Shown piece after piece: positions 16,522-26,473 of a stretch of DNA of 37,705 nucleotides. The translations under genes and the position numbers were made by a program. The notes beneath the pieces were generated by a model, which was not told where the DNA came from, did not search any database, and saw only the letters and a list, made by a program, of their open reading frames with translations. The first letter of the stretch is position 1. Every line of letters starts with the position of its first letter. The stretch is from a virus (lineage: Duplodnaviria > Caudoviricetes). The stretch covers positions 1-37,705 of the IMG/VR virus record IMGVR_UViG_3300028422_000467. One strand, 5' to 3'.

Positions 16522-18246
16522 TTAACTCTGGGGGGCGAGTGTCAAGACGTTTAAAGCCTCCATCGTGGACGTGATGAACCGCTGATGCTTGGCCAGCGGC
16601 GACTCCTCGGCGCGCCCATCGCCGATCTGCACCAACAGGTCACGCTCGGTCGGACTGAGCCGGAACATCACGTTCTCGATGTAGTCGGTGTAGAGCCGGG
16701 TGCGCCCGTAGTACACCAGGGACATCAGCGCCCCCCGACAGAAGTCCTTGCCCAGCTTGTAGACCTCGTCGTTGCGGAACATCACGATGGCCGATACCCA
16801 GCCGCGAGAGTCCCACAGCGCGTTGATGAACGCGAACAGCGTCTCGATGTTGTACGGGGCGCTGGCAGTGGCGTGGAACTTCTCGATGCCGGGATGGTAG
16901 GGACCGACCTCGTTGCGACGCCCATAGTGCTGAATCAGCTGGAAGGCCAGGAAGCTGTTGTTCAGGAAGCCGTCGAGCAGGTTGCTCGGGATGCCGGTCA
17001 CGCCGATCAGGATCGAGATCGAGTCGATGATCCAGGCGAACGTCGCGTTCATCAGGTCATTAAGCCATTTCGGGCTACGGCCGCCAATAATGTGCTGCCA
17101 CGCATCGGGTGTGTGGTGACTGATGGTGCAGGACAGCACTGATCCCTTCTTGCCGGTGTCCGGTGCGATGAGGACAGTCCAGGGCGGCGTGTAGTCCACC
17201 CCGATGATCGGAGCGATGTACACACCCTCCCGGCCGGGAACCTGCTCGATGACCGGAATGATGTCGGACAGGAAGATGCCCGTCAGGTCGACCACGTTGC
17301 GCAGCACACTGTCGATGATCGTTCCGGTGGGCCCGGTGATCCGGCTGCGATCCTTCACCGTCACGACGTAGGTGGGCTGGGTCAGCGCCAGGAACGGGAA
17401 GTTCCTGGTCCAGAAGTCCGGCTGCTCATCACCGGGCAGCCACAGGTCCACTCGCACATCTACCCCGTGCGACTTGGTGGCGTCGATGATCACCTCGCCG
17501 CAGGTTTCCATCCGGACGGTTCGCACATAGAGCGGGCTGGTGTCGGTGAACGGGTTGGTGCGCACCACATAGATCGGCGTCTTGAGCATCTGGAAGATGT
17601 TCCCGTTGGACTGCAGCAGCGTGCCGAACCAGGCGCGAATGTCGGGGTTGAGACTCAGGGCGTTGTTGACGAACTCCCACAGACCGGCCTGAATGCGCAG
17701 CGCACACTCGCAGATCATCGACTCGATCACGGTGCACAGGCCCCAGAAGAACACTGCGTGCGAAGGGATCTGGGCCTGGATCGGCAGCAGGAAATTGGGC
17801 CAGATCACCAGATGGTTGAGGATATCCCAGATGCCGTAGAGCTCGACGTTGCCGGTCCACTCGGCTTCGGAGAACTCCATCTCGAACTTCTTGACGTAGA
17901 ACGGGAACCGCAGTCCGCCGGTCTCGACGGTGACCCCGACCATCGTCGTCTCGCACGCCATGAACTCCTTGGTGAGCGGCGAGTTGCCCTTGATCTTCAT
18001 CTGGGCCGACGGCATGTTGTTCCGTGGATCGGTGCCCGACAGTTCCATCAGGTCGTCGCCGAGTTCGCCGACCGGATTCCACATGCGGTCGTAGACCGTG
18101 ATGATCCAGTCCTTGTCATAACTGACCTGGGCGTCGGCCAGCAGGTTGGCGGCCTCGGCCCGTGACACGATGCTGCCGGAACTGACCAGCGTCTCCTGCC
18201 ACTGCTCGATCTGGTTCTTGGTCGCCGTCACCGCTGCCGTCGTCAT
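16522..18246 (-). CDS. Minor tail protein, baseplate hub (Tal-like)
   Basis: Second gene after the tape measure; ITVYDRMWNPVGEL and YKLGKDFCRG...VQIGDGRAEESP hub-type motifs. Confidence 0.85.
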   Translation of the reverse strand: MTTAAVTATKNQIEQWQETLVSSGSIVSRAEAANLLADAQVSYDKDWIITVYDRMWNPVGELGDDLMELSGTDPRNNMPSAQMKIKGNSPLTKEFMACETTMVGVTVETGGLRFPFYVKKFEMEFSEAEWTGNVELYGIWDILNHLVIWPNFLLPIQAQIPSHAVFFWGLCTVIESMICECALRIQAGLWEFVNNALSLNPDIRAWFGTLLQSNGNIFQMLKTPIYVVRTNPFTDTSPLYVRTVRMETCGEVIIDATKSHGVDVRVDLWLPGDEQPDFWTRNFPFLALTQPTYVVTVKDRSRITGPTGTIIDSVLRNVVDLTGIFLSDIIPVIEQVPGREGVYIAPIIGVDYTPPWTVLIAPDTGKKGSVLSCTISHHTPDAWQHIIGGRSPKWLNDLMNATFAWIIDSISILIGVTGIPSNLLDGFLNNSFLAFQLIQHYGRRNEVGPYHPGIEKFHATASAPYNIETLFAFINALWDSRGWVSAIVMFRNDEVYKLGKDFCRGALMSLVYYGRTRLYTDYIENVMFRLSPTERDLLVQIGDGRAEESPLAKHQRFITSTMEALNVLTLAPQS

Positions 18247-19931
18247 CAGTACGGGAACCTCCGTAACGGGGTGCCCGACGCGATGATCTGCGAGTCGGCG
18301 TCTCCCCCGTCGATGCGGACGTTGACGTAGTACGGCTCGGCCGGGTTGCCGGGAGACTTGCCCGGGATCGGCTCGGAGAAGCGACCATTGAGCAGCGAGT
18401 AGGGATTACCCTGCGGTGGCTGCACCCCGAAGATGGACAGAATCGACTCCAACAGCGGCGGGACGTTGTTGCCCGTCGCGAAGTTCACGAAGTCCTCCAA
18501 CGCATTGGCGAACGCCGACTGCTCGTCAACGGTGGCCGGGGTGGCGGTGAGATCCTTGACGCCGCGCTTGCCGGGATCGGCGTTGATCTGCATCACCTGG
18601 CCACGGGTCAGCGGCCCGAACTCCACCATCTCGTCGGAGCCGGGGCCGTTGCCGATGTAGAAGGTGCCGGGGCCGAAGCAGGTGTAACGATCCCAGTACG
18701 GCTGGTCGCCGATGTTGATGCGCGGGATCATTCCCGACTGGCTGCTGCCGGTGGTGTTGGTCCCGGTGTTCCACTGGAACACGCCCATCGGACGGGCCTG
18801 GCTGAACACGCCGGCCCCGGCCTCCATGCCAAATCCGGCACTGCGGAAAGACGATCCGACCTGCGAGGTGGTGCCGTTCTCAATCACGTTCATGATGGGT
18901 GCACCGAGACCGCGCAGCACCCGGTAGCGCCGAGTGTTGCCGTCGACACCAGCGACAACCGTCCACTTCTCACCGGGAAGTGGCGGAATGAGCAGCGGCT
19001 GCTGGCGCAGTACCGTTTCCACCCCGGAGTTGAAGCTCGACAACCTGAGCAGCCCGAGGCCGAACCGCAGCCGCACCCCGTCATCACCAGGCGTGCCGGT
19101 GTTGGCCATCCGTACCCAGATGTCGTTGTACGCCTGGTCGATGACGTGCCACTCCGCGCACGACCCGAGCCGGATCGTCACCACCTGATCGTCGTCGTCT
19201 GAGGTATAACCGACGCGACGACAGGCCACCCGATACTCGTCGGTGCCCGACTCCGACCACAAGGCCTGTACCCCGTCGGAGTAGATATGGCCCGCACCGG
19301 CCCCGCTGTAGCCGAGCGTCCAGTTGGAGCCGAGGCCGGGATCATAGGCCGTGCCGAAGTCCTCGTAGTCGGCCTCGTAGCCGAACATGAAGCTCGCGAC
19401 GTCGGGGTAGGTCTGCCAGAAGCCGTTGTCGGCGCGCAGCAGCAGCGTCCAGCGCCGCTTGTTTCCGGAGATGCGGATCGGATCGTCGGGCGTCCGAAAC
19501 CAGCGCAGCGGTGCCCACCAGCGCCCGAGTTCGTGTGTGGTCCAGGACAGTTCGCTCTCCAGCTTGGGGTCTAGAGAGTCGAGCAGGTGCCGCTGCACCC
19601 GGTTGGCGTACACGGCATCGCGCCCAGTGACGTCGACCACCATCGTCACTTCGATCGGGTCGTACAACGCGTCGATGAACGTGGTGCCGTCCTGGGTGGC
19701 ACCCTTCTGGTCGATGAGCTTCCACGGGGGAACCAGTCCGCGCAGTTCCCTGATCTCCACCCGTTCGGGCACGGTGCGGTCGGCGATGGCCAGCCCGCCC
19801 ATCATGTTGAACACGATCGAGTCGTCGTAGGAGCGCAGCGCTACCTGGGGGATCTTGTCGCGCATCAGGTAATACGTCCCATGCGGGGTGATCGGCCCTG
19901 CCGGGTAGCGGATCGTCGGCCCTATCGTCAC
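18246..19931 (-). CDS. Minor tail protein, distal tail (Dit-like) with an inserted beta domain
   Basis: First gene after the tape measure; 561 aa. Confidence 0.82.
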   Translation of the reverse strand: MTIGPTIRYPAGPITPHGTYYLMRDKIPQVALRSYDDSIVFNMMGGLAIADRTVPERVEIRELRGLVPPWKLIDQKGATQDGTTFIDALYDPIEVTMVVDVTGRDAVYANRVQRHLLDSLDPKLESELSWTTHELGRWWAPLRWFRTPDDPIRISGNKRRWTLLLRADNGFWQTYPDVASFMFGYEADYEDFGTAYDPGLGSNWTLGYSGAGAGHIYSDGVQALWSESGTDEYRVACRRVGYTSDDDDQVVTIRLGSCAEWHVIDQAYNDIWVRMANTGTPGDDGVRLRFGLGLLRLSSFNSGVETVLRQQPLLIPPLPGEKWTVVAGVDGNTRRYRVLRGLGAPIMNVIENGTTSQVGSSFRSAGFGMEAGAGVFSQARPMGVFQWNTGTNTTGSSQSGMIPRINIGDQPYWDRYTCFGPGTFYIGNGPGSDEMVEFGPLTRGQVMQINADPGKRGVKDLTATPATVDEQSAFANALEDFVNFATGNNVPPLLESILSIFGVQPPQGNPYSLLNGRFSEPIPGKSPGNPAEPYYVNVRIDGGDADSQIIASGTPLRRFPY

Positions 19932-22900
19932 GGTCCCAGCCCCTTGCTCGCGCCCGCACCTTCGTACGTCAGCCGGTCGAGCCTGCCCTTGAGAGCACGA
20001 CCGTCACTGTCCTCGGTCTGCTTGGAGACGTTGTAGTTGATGTTGACCGGCCCCGGCGCGTATTGCGTCCCAGTGTGCTGGGTGCGATTCGGGTCCATAC
20101 CCGCGGCCGCGATCTGCTCGGGCGTCTGCTGCTGGGGCAGTAGCATGTTCCCCGGCTTCTGGCCGATCGCACCGAGCATGCCACCCGAGATGTTGGCGAT
20201 GGCCGGAGCGGCACCAGCGATGCCACCCAGCCACCGAGTGAGCCAGTTGTTGTTGGCCAGGTCCGACGCACCTGCGGGCAGGAACGTCTCCATCAGCCCC
20301 TGGACGCCGATGGCTGCGGCCTGACCGGCAAACTCGATGGCTCGCTGCATCTCCTTGATGCCGATCTGGATGGCCGCGTTGGCGACAGCTGCGCCGACCG
20401 ACCCACCGCCACCGCCGCCTGCGGCATCCCCAGCCATGCCCGCCGCCGAGATGGCTGACCCGACAGCACCTTCCAGCATCCCGACCAGGCCGCCGCCGAT
20501 CGACAACCCCGGCCCGTAACCCTCGGGCGGCGCATTGCCACCGATCTGTGTCGGCCCCGGCGATGTCGGTGCCTGTGTCCCGGTGATCTGGGTGCGCCCC
20601 GGATAACCCGGGATCGCCACTGGCGAGGGAACGCCGCCGGGGAGGGCAGGCCCCTGTCCCTTGTTGGGACCAGGCGGCGGCGGCGACGGCGGACTGGGCG
20701 GCTGACCGGGAGGTCCGAGCGGGAACGGAACCTCGCCGCCCAGGTCATAGTGCAGGGCCTTGCGGAAGTTGTAGACGCCGCGCTGCCCACCCATCGCCTT
20801 GACGTCGCCACGGGTGAGAACATGCTCGCCGCCGTGGGCGACGATCGGCACCGCACCGCCACTGTTGAACTGCGGCCAGCCCGCCAGGATGCTGCTGATG
20901 TAGTCGCCTCGGGCGGGCTGCTGGTTGCCCTGCCAGTCGACGACACCGTTCTGGCCTACAACGGTCGCCATCCATGCCGCCTGTTCTGCCGGTGACGCCC
21001 CGTAGGGGAACGGCCCGGCCACCCCCTGGCGAGACAGGAGCTGATTGGCCAAAGCCTGAACGTGACCACCCAGGGTAGGACCGGCCTGCGCATCGGTGAA
21101 CCCCAGCGTGGGAATGCCCCCCGGGTTGTTTCCCTCGGCCTGGGCGAAAGCCTGCAGCAGCGGATACATCGCCGGGTCGATGCCGGCCTGCATCAGCGCC
21201 GCCATCAGATTCTGATTTCCACCACCGCCCTGGTTTGCGAAGAAGCTGGCACCTCCTCCGCCGCCATACAGCGATGGCCCCGCGCGGAACTGGGCGTGAA
21301 TATGGTTCTGGTGCCCGCCGACGATCGACTGGTTGCCGTTGAAGTCCTGCCAGCTATCCCGCCAGATCGTAGATTCCAGCCCGAGCCAGTCGGCATTGGC
21401 GCGCAACCACTGGTTGATCTGGTCGCCCATCGCCTGGTTCTTCTCGTTGACCTCACCGATCATGATGTCGAGGGCGCGGCCCATCGTATGCATCTGCGGA
21501 GTACCGGGCGGGCGGTCGTTACTCCCACCGATCGAAGGGATACCGGGGAACAGCTGGGTGAGGAACGCGGCCGCACCGCGCGCGTTGGGCACCGAAGGAT
21601 TGGTCCCGGTGTCAACGAGTTTCGACGGCCCGTTGGCGTTCAGGGCGCTGGTCCAGCCGGACATGTTCCCGGTCCGCTGCCCATTCGGCCCGAATGTGGC
21701 TCCATTGGGGGTCATGTAGTACCGAGGCCCGCCCGGTCCCGGCGACGGACCGTACACGCCGGGAATCATCCCGCCGGGGATCATCGGCCCGAACTGCTGC
21801 GGACCGTAGTTGCCATTACCCTGCGTGCTGGTGTCGTACGGACCGCCCTTGTACCAGCCGAGACTGGACGCAACCATGCCCATCAGGCCGGAGCCGGAAC
21901 CCTCGCCGCCCGGGAAACCCAATGCGGCCTGGGTGCCACGCAGCGCTCCATACACCGGGGCTGCGGCCAGGGTTGCGATGAACCGCACCAGGTTGTCGGC
22001 CAGGCCAGGGAGGCCCTTGCTGATGCCGAGATCGTTGTCCAGCGATGCGCTGATGTCACCGAGGATGTCGCCGGTCTGCTTGGTCTGGTCCTCGAGTTCC
22101 TGGAAGGTGCCCTGCTCGGCCTTCCTCAGAGCGATCAGGGATTCATACCAGGAATGCTCGGCACGAATAACTGCACGCTGCGCATCATTGATCTCGTCAG
22201 CGGTGGCCCCCAACTCCCGCAACCTCAAGACGTTCTTGCGGGCGTCCTCGACGGACTGAGCGGCATCTTCCAGCCGCCACTGCGCCTGGGTGACCTCCCA
22301 CGGGTCTACCTCCCAGTAGCCCGGCTTCTGCCCTCCGTGCGGTGTGCCTGAGCCAGGCGGCAGGTAACTCCCCGGCGCGCCGGTAGCGCCGGGAGTGCCC
22401 GGTGCGCCACTGCCGGGAATGCCGGGCATCATGCCGGGCATCTGCCACTCCGAACCGGGGAAGGCTCCGATCGGGATATTGCCGATCTCGTAGGTGCCGG
22501 GAGCGGACTGCCAATCCTCCGGTGCCAGGCCCGGCTTCTCCCGATCCTTGTGCGGCTGCAACCAGGGGAACGGGGTCTCCTCGTATCCGCCCGGTTCACG
22601 CATAGGCTTGCCACCCTTGCCGGGACTACCGGTTGGGAGGTGGGGGGCGTCGGGAACGGCATCCAGCACTGGAATATCCGGCAGGCCCGGTATCGAATTC
22701 CACATGTTGATGAACAGCTTCAGAGGGTTCACCAGATGTTCCACAATGCCGTTTCCGAGATCAATGACCGTGTTGAGCATCCGCTTCATCGCGGTCTCTG
22801 GATCATCAATCGCGCGGCCTATCTGTCGAACGACAGTCGCGAAGAATTCGCCGAACCGCCGCACAACACGAAAGAACATTTCGAAGGCACCGATGAGGTC

Positions 22901-24979
22901 CATCATCGTTTCTTCGAAATCCTTGAGGTCCTGCTGGGACTTGATCGCGAACACGTCGTAGAGCATCTTGCCCACACGCCCGAGGATCCGGAACAGCGAC
23001 TTGACCGCCTCGACGCCCATGTCCATCCACTTGCGCAAGTCGCCAGATTTCTTGGCTTCGCGGATGAAGTCGGCGAACTCCTTCGCAAGAACGGTGACCG
23101 ATTCGGCAAGGCTGGGCAGGACATCCGATCCGGCCGACGTGATGTCGAGAATGGCCTGGGTAAATGACCGCGCTGCCGGACCCAGAGCAACGAAAGCATC
23201 GGCGATGTTCTGGAGAATGTTCTTGAAATTACCCGTGCCGGTCGGCGTCATAAGCTCATCGAACGCGCCGCGCAGCATCGAGTTGAACGCCCCGCCGATG
23301 CCGACAAACATGGCCTCCAGGTGGGGCCCGAGTCTCGCATAGAACGTGTCGATCATCTGAGCGACGTCAGCGAACATGACGTTCTGGACGGCCTTCTGCA
23401 ACTCCTTGATCGGCCCAAGGAGGTCGCGAATCGCCAACATGGCCTGCGCCGCGTTATCTCCCAGCAATCCCAGCTGATTGCTGAACTCGTTCCACTTTCC
23501 GACATCGAACTGGTTCCAGGGCTTCCCTTCAATGAAGGGCTTCCTCGGGTCATAGCTCGCCATCAGATCCGTCAAAGCACCCCAGGTATCACTGATACCC
23601 AGCAACCCCATCTGAAGGGTCGCCAACCCAGCGCCCGCAGCGGCGGCGGCAGCGGGAACCAGCCACAACGCCTGTGACGCCGTCGTGATGCTCTTGGCAA
23701 GTTCGCTGAAGATCGTGACCAACGGAATGACCAGCGTCGGAGTGACAATGCCCAAGGGGGTCAGCGCACCGAGGTTACGCGCGCCCCACCTGCCGGCAGC
23801 AGACACCATGTCACGAAGAACATCGTTCACCTGCCTCAGGCGGCCGACCTCGTTGGTGGCCTGAAACAGTTCACGCATCGCCCGGGTCGCAGTGCGGACG
23901 GCCGAACCCTCCCGGTCGAAGGCACGCCGGGTGTTCTCTATCTGGCGGATGATCTGCTCGCGGGTGGCCGTCCCACCGGAGATCATCCGGTTGAGGCGAT
24001 CGAACTCGATGTTGGAGGAATGCATTGCGGCGCGGGCGCGATCGTAGGCTCCGGCCGCCTGCTTGTTGTTGCGAAGGTGGCGCTCTTCGTGGCGAGCCAG
24101 GTCCATAAGCTCCCGGCGGTACCGGGCAGCCTCATTGGTCAGGCCCTGCATCGAGCTGCGATTGTCCTCGATGACATTGGTGAGGTCGAGGCGCTTGTTG
24201 ACCTCGTCCCGTAGGCCCGTGGCCGTGTCACGGATGGCTCGTCGCTCCGCCTCGCGGGAGATGTATGTCCTCTGCGCCTGAGCTTCTATCTGCTCGTAGG
24301 TAGCGGTGTTCTCCTGATACATCCGCTTGAGCTTTTCCTCGTCGGCGATCCGCTTCCTGGTGGCATCGCTCATCTTGTCGAGAGACTTGGCGGACAGGGC
24401 ACCCTGCTTACCCAGAACGGCGAGCGCCGAATTGAGATCGTCCACCTCCCGGCGTTCCCTGTTGGTCTCTATCGAGAGCCGGTGGAAGTCCTCGCTGGTC
24501 CGCCTAATCAGATTGCTGACCTCGCGGGCCCGCTTGGCGTACGCAGCCTCCGCATCAGTGACGGCCCTGACATTGCGCTGGTGGGTGCGAGACGATTTGT
24601 CTAGCTGCTGCTCTGCGTAGACCCGATCCATCAACGCGTCGCGATACTCGTTCTCAGCCTTGGTAAGAGCCTTGGTCTTCTTGGTTCTGGATGCCTTGGT
24701 CCTCTCAGACCACTGGCTGATTCTCGCGATCTCTGCCTCGGCGGCGGCCTCTCTTTTCCTCGCGGCGGTGGCGGCATCGGCCTTGTTGATGAGGTCGTTG
24801 TACCCCGCCGCCTGGGTGTCGATCAGCCTGGTGATCTGAGCCGTGCGACCCCGGGCCCCCTCCGTCATCGTCTTGGTGACGTCGCGCTCAAGCGAATTGA
24901 TGTAGCGCTTGAGTTCCTCCCCTTCGCGGATCAAATCCCGCTTCCGGAGGTGGGCGATGATGTCAATGTGGATGGCCAT
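19928..24979 (-). CDS. Tape measure protein (1683 aa)
   Basis: Longest ORF; follows the TAC pair; coiled-coil and amphipathic regions; embedded H-x6-D...HxH peptidase-like motif. Confidence 0.95.
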   Translation of the reverse strand: MAIHIDIIAHLRKRDLIREGEELKRYINSLERDVTKTMTEGARGRTAQITRLIDTQAAGYNDLINKADAATAARKREAAAEAEIARISQWSERTKASRTKKTKALTKAENEYRDALMDRVYAEQQLDKSSRTHQRNVRAVTDAEAAYAKRAREVSNLIRRTSEDFHRLSIETNRERREVDDLNSALAVLGKQGALSAKSLDKMSDATRKRIADEEKLKRMYQENTATYEQIEAQAQRTYISREAERRAIRDTATGLRDEVNKRLDLTNVIEDNRSSMQGLTNEAARYRRELMDLARHEERHLRNNKQAAGAYDRARAAMHSSNIEFDRLNRMISGGTATREQIIRQIENTRRAFDREGSAVRTATRAMRELFQATNEVGRLRQVNDVLRDMVSAAGRWGARNLGALTPLGIVTPTLVIPLVTIFSELAKSITTASQALWLVPAAAAAAGAGLATLQMGLLGISDTWGALTDLMASYDPRKPFIEGKPWNQFDVGKWNEFSNQLGLLGDNAAQAMLAIRDLLGPIKELQKAVQNVMFADVAQMIDTFYARLGPHLEAMFVGIGGAFNSMLRGAFDELMTPTGTGNFKNILQNIADAFVALGPAARSFTQAILDITSAGSDVLPSLAESVTVLAKEFADFIREAKKSGDLRKWMDMGVEAVKSLFRILGRVGKMLYDVFAIKSQQDLKDFEETMMDLIGAFEMFFRVVRRFGEFFATVVRQIGRAIDDPETAMKRMLNTVIDLGNGIVEHLVNPLKLFINMWNSIPGLPDIPVLDAVPDAPHLPTGSPGKGGKPMREPGGYEETPFPWLQPHKDREKPGLAPEDWQSAPGTYEIGNIPIGAFPGSEWQMPGMMPGIPGSGAPGTPGATGAPGSYLPPGSGTPHGGQKPGYWEVDPWEVTQAQWRLEDAAQSVEDARKNVLRLRELGATADEINDAQRAVIRAEHSWYESLIALRKAEQGTFQELEDQTKQTGDILGDISASLDNDLGISKGLPGLADNLVRFIATLAAAPVYGALRGTQAALGFPGGEGSGSGLMGMVASSLGWYKGGPYDTSTQGNGNYGPQQFGPMIPGGMIPGVYGPSPGPGGPRYYMTPNGATFGPNGQRTGNMSGWTSALNANGPSKLVDTGTNPSVPNARGAAAFLTQLFPGIPSIGGSNDRPPGTPQMHTMGRALDIMIGEVNEKNQAMGDQINQWLRANADWLGLESTIWRDSWQDFNGNQSIVGGHQNHIHAQFRAGPSLYGGGGGASFFANQGGGGNQNLMAALMQAGIDPAMYPLLQAFAQAEGNNPGGIPTLGFTDAQAGPTLGGHVQALANQLLSRQGVAGPFPYGASPAEQAAWMATVVGQNGVVDWQGNQQPARGDYISSILAGWPQFNSGGAVPIVAHGGEHVLTRGDVKAMGGQRGVYNFRKALHYDLGGEVPFPLGPPGQPPSPPSPPPPGPNKGQGPALPGGVPSPVAIPGYPGRTQITGTQAPTSPGPTQIGGNAPPEGYGPGLSIGGGLVGMLEGAVGSAISAAGMAGDAAGGGGGGSVGAAVANAAIQIGIKEMQRAIEFAGQAAAIGVQGLMETFLPAGASDLANNNWLTRWLGGIAGAAPAIANISGGMLGAIGQKPGNMLLPQQQTPEQIAAAGMDPNRTQHTGTQYAPGPVNINYNVSKQTEDSDGRALKGRLDRLTYEGAGASKGLGP

Positions 24980-25434
24980 CAGACGGCCTCCTCGTCCTCG
25001 ACCATCGACTCGACCTCGGGGCCCGCCAGCGACAGCGACGGACGGGAAGCGAACGAGTAGAAGTGATCACGCACCTCGGCCTGCGAATCGGCCTCGGTGA
25101 CCATCTCCCTCAGGCGGGCCGGCGAGTAGTGGATCCTCGACCCGTACTCTTCACCCTTGACCTTCGGGACATAGGCGGCGCGCAGCACGGCCAGCTCGTT
25201 GGCCACCTGTGCCCAGATCGCCTCTTCTCCGCAATACTCCCCACCACGGATGGCGGTCTTCAGTGCCCCCCGCTCGGGCATGAACTCCAGCAACTCGAGG
25301 AGTTCGTACGACGACATGGTGCCATCATGCCATTCCGCGATGCGCCGACGGTGGTACTGAGAGAGGTCGCTAGCTATCTGACGTGGATATTGCCGCCAGA
25401 TCCAGGCCGCCTCCAACACTTTTGGGATCGCCAT
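24979..25434 (-). CDS. Tail assembly chaperone, frameshift-extended C-terminal part (gpT-like)
   Basis: Overlaps the end of the upstream TAC; QIASDLSQYHRRRI...LELLEFMP motif; immediately precedes the tape measure. Confidence 0.85.
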   Translation of the reverse strand: MAIPKVLEAAWIWRQYPRQIASDLSQYHRRRIAEWHDGTMSSYELLELLEFMPERGALKTAIRGGEYCGEEAIWAQVANELAVLRAAYVPKVKGEEYGSRIHYSPARLREMVTEADSQAEVRDHFYSFASRPSLSLAGPEVESMVEDEEAV

Positions 25435-25927
25435 CCTGACGCTCCTTCAGCTTCGCGGCCTGCTTGCCCCACACCCGCCACACATCGGCGGCGCTGCGAC
25501 CGCCCTCGCGCAACCGCTTGTACTCGGACTCGCCGAGAGCGATCTGTGCTACCCGCACGGAGTGCGGAGGTTTCACCAGGACGCCGTCCTTGCGGAACGG
25601 CCGCTTCAGCGCACCCTGCTGAGTGGACGACGGCAGGACCACGCCGGTTTCATTGCCCTCGGAGTCGAGGAGGCGCTGCTCGGGGATGAAGATGTCTTCC
25701 TCGCGGTCGTACTCCTCGATCTCGACCAGGAGTTCCTCGTACTCGGCCATCTGCTCGTCATCGAGCATTCCGAGATCGGGGTGTGGCGGAATGGAGACGG
25801 TAGTGCCGTCGTCGAGTTCGATGTCGGTGTCGGAGAAGATCGAGTCGTAGGCCTCGGCCTGTTCGCGGGCCTGACGTGCGGCGTTCGCCGCGGTGTTGGG
25901 GAGATTACGGGGGAGATTCTTGGGCAT
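25370..25927 (-). CDS. Tail assembly chaperone (gpG-like)
   Basis: Acidic 185-aa protein in the canonical position; IALGESEYKRLREGG. Confidence 0.85.
   Translation of the reverse strand: MPKNLPRNLPNTAANAARQAREQAEAYDSIFSDTDIELDDGTTVSIPPHPDLGMLDDEQMAEYEELLVEIEEYDREEDIFIPEQRLLDSEGNETGVVLPSSTQQGALKRPFRKDGVLVKPPHSVRVAQIALGESEYKRLREGGRSAADVWRVWGKQAAKLKERQDGDPKSVGGGLDLAAISTSDS
25420..25426 (-). other. Putative programmed frameshift site CCC AAA A (+1 frame)
   Basis: TAC frame GAT CCC AAA AGT; downstream ORF frame ATC CCA AAA GTG, offset by +1. Confidence 0.65.
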
Positions 25928-25933
25928 AGCCGT

Positions 25934-25962
25934 GGTCTACCACATAAACCTCGTGGTATCAA
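25934..25962 (-). promoter_or_regulatory. Possible leaderless promoter for the TAC-tape measure operon (TTGATA-17-TAGACC)
   Basis: 17-bp spacing, TGTGG before the -10, 6 nt to ATG 25927, no RBS; the last -10 base is non-consensus. Confidence 0.4.
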
Positions 25963-25972
25963 AACATGCATT

Positions 25973-26001
25973 TTGCAGACTCAACAATGATGCTCTATTG
26001 T
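25973..26001 (+). promoter_or_regulatory. SigA-like promoter TTGCAG-17-TATTGT for a leaderless HTH gene
   Basis: Exact 17-bp spacer; ATG 7 nt after the -10; AT-rich intergenic region. Confidence 0.6.
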
Positions 26002-26008
26002 GTCGATC

Positions 26009-26440
26009 ATGGCTGGAGTCAAATCAGAATTAGGGCCATCTGGTCGCGCCATTGCTGCGACCATCCGCCACCACCGTGAGCGACTCGGCTGGGGATACGC
26101 CCAGCTGTCCCGACAACTGACCAAGGTCGGCTGCGACATCCCCCCACTGGGCCTCGGACGCATCGAAGCCGGGGAGCGGCGCGTGGACGTCGATGCCCTG
26201 ACCGCGCTGGCCGTCGTCTTCGAGGTCTCGCCGATCACGCTGCTCATGCCGCGCGACGGCACCACAGAAGACACGTACGTCCAGCTGACCGGCACCGGAG
26301 ACATCCCCGCCCAGCGTGTCTGGTCCTGGCTGAACGGCTCCTACCCGCTGAGTGGGTCGGTGCTGGCGTTTTACAACGAGGCGCTGCCCCGCTGGGAGCG
26401 CGACGCGATGGAGGAGACGCTCGGTGCCCACCGGCGATGA
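26009..26440 (+). CDS. XRE-family helix-turn-helix DNA-binding protein
   Basis: IRHHRERLGWGYAQLS...LGRIEAGERRVDVDALTALAVVFEVSPITLL; start placed at ATG 26009 from the promoter spacing. Confidence 0.92.
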   Translation: MAGVKSELGPSGRAIAATIRHHRERLGWGYAQLSRQLTKVGCDIPPLGLGRIEAGERRVDVDALTALAVVFEVSPITLLMPRDGTTEDTYVQLTGTGDIPAQRVWSWLNGSYPLSGSVLAFYNEALPRWERDAMEETLGAHRR

Positions 26441-26441
26441 A

Positions 26442-26462
26442 GGTGTACGGAATCCGTACACC
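26442..26462. promoter_or_regulatory. 21-bp palindrome copy 3
   Basis: Identical to 1897-1917; lies between the HTH stop and the next RBS. Confidence 0.8.
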
Positions 26463-26473
26463 CAAGGAGGACC

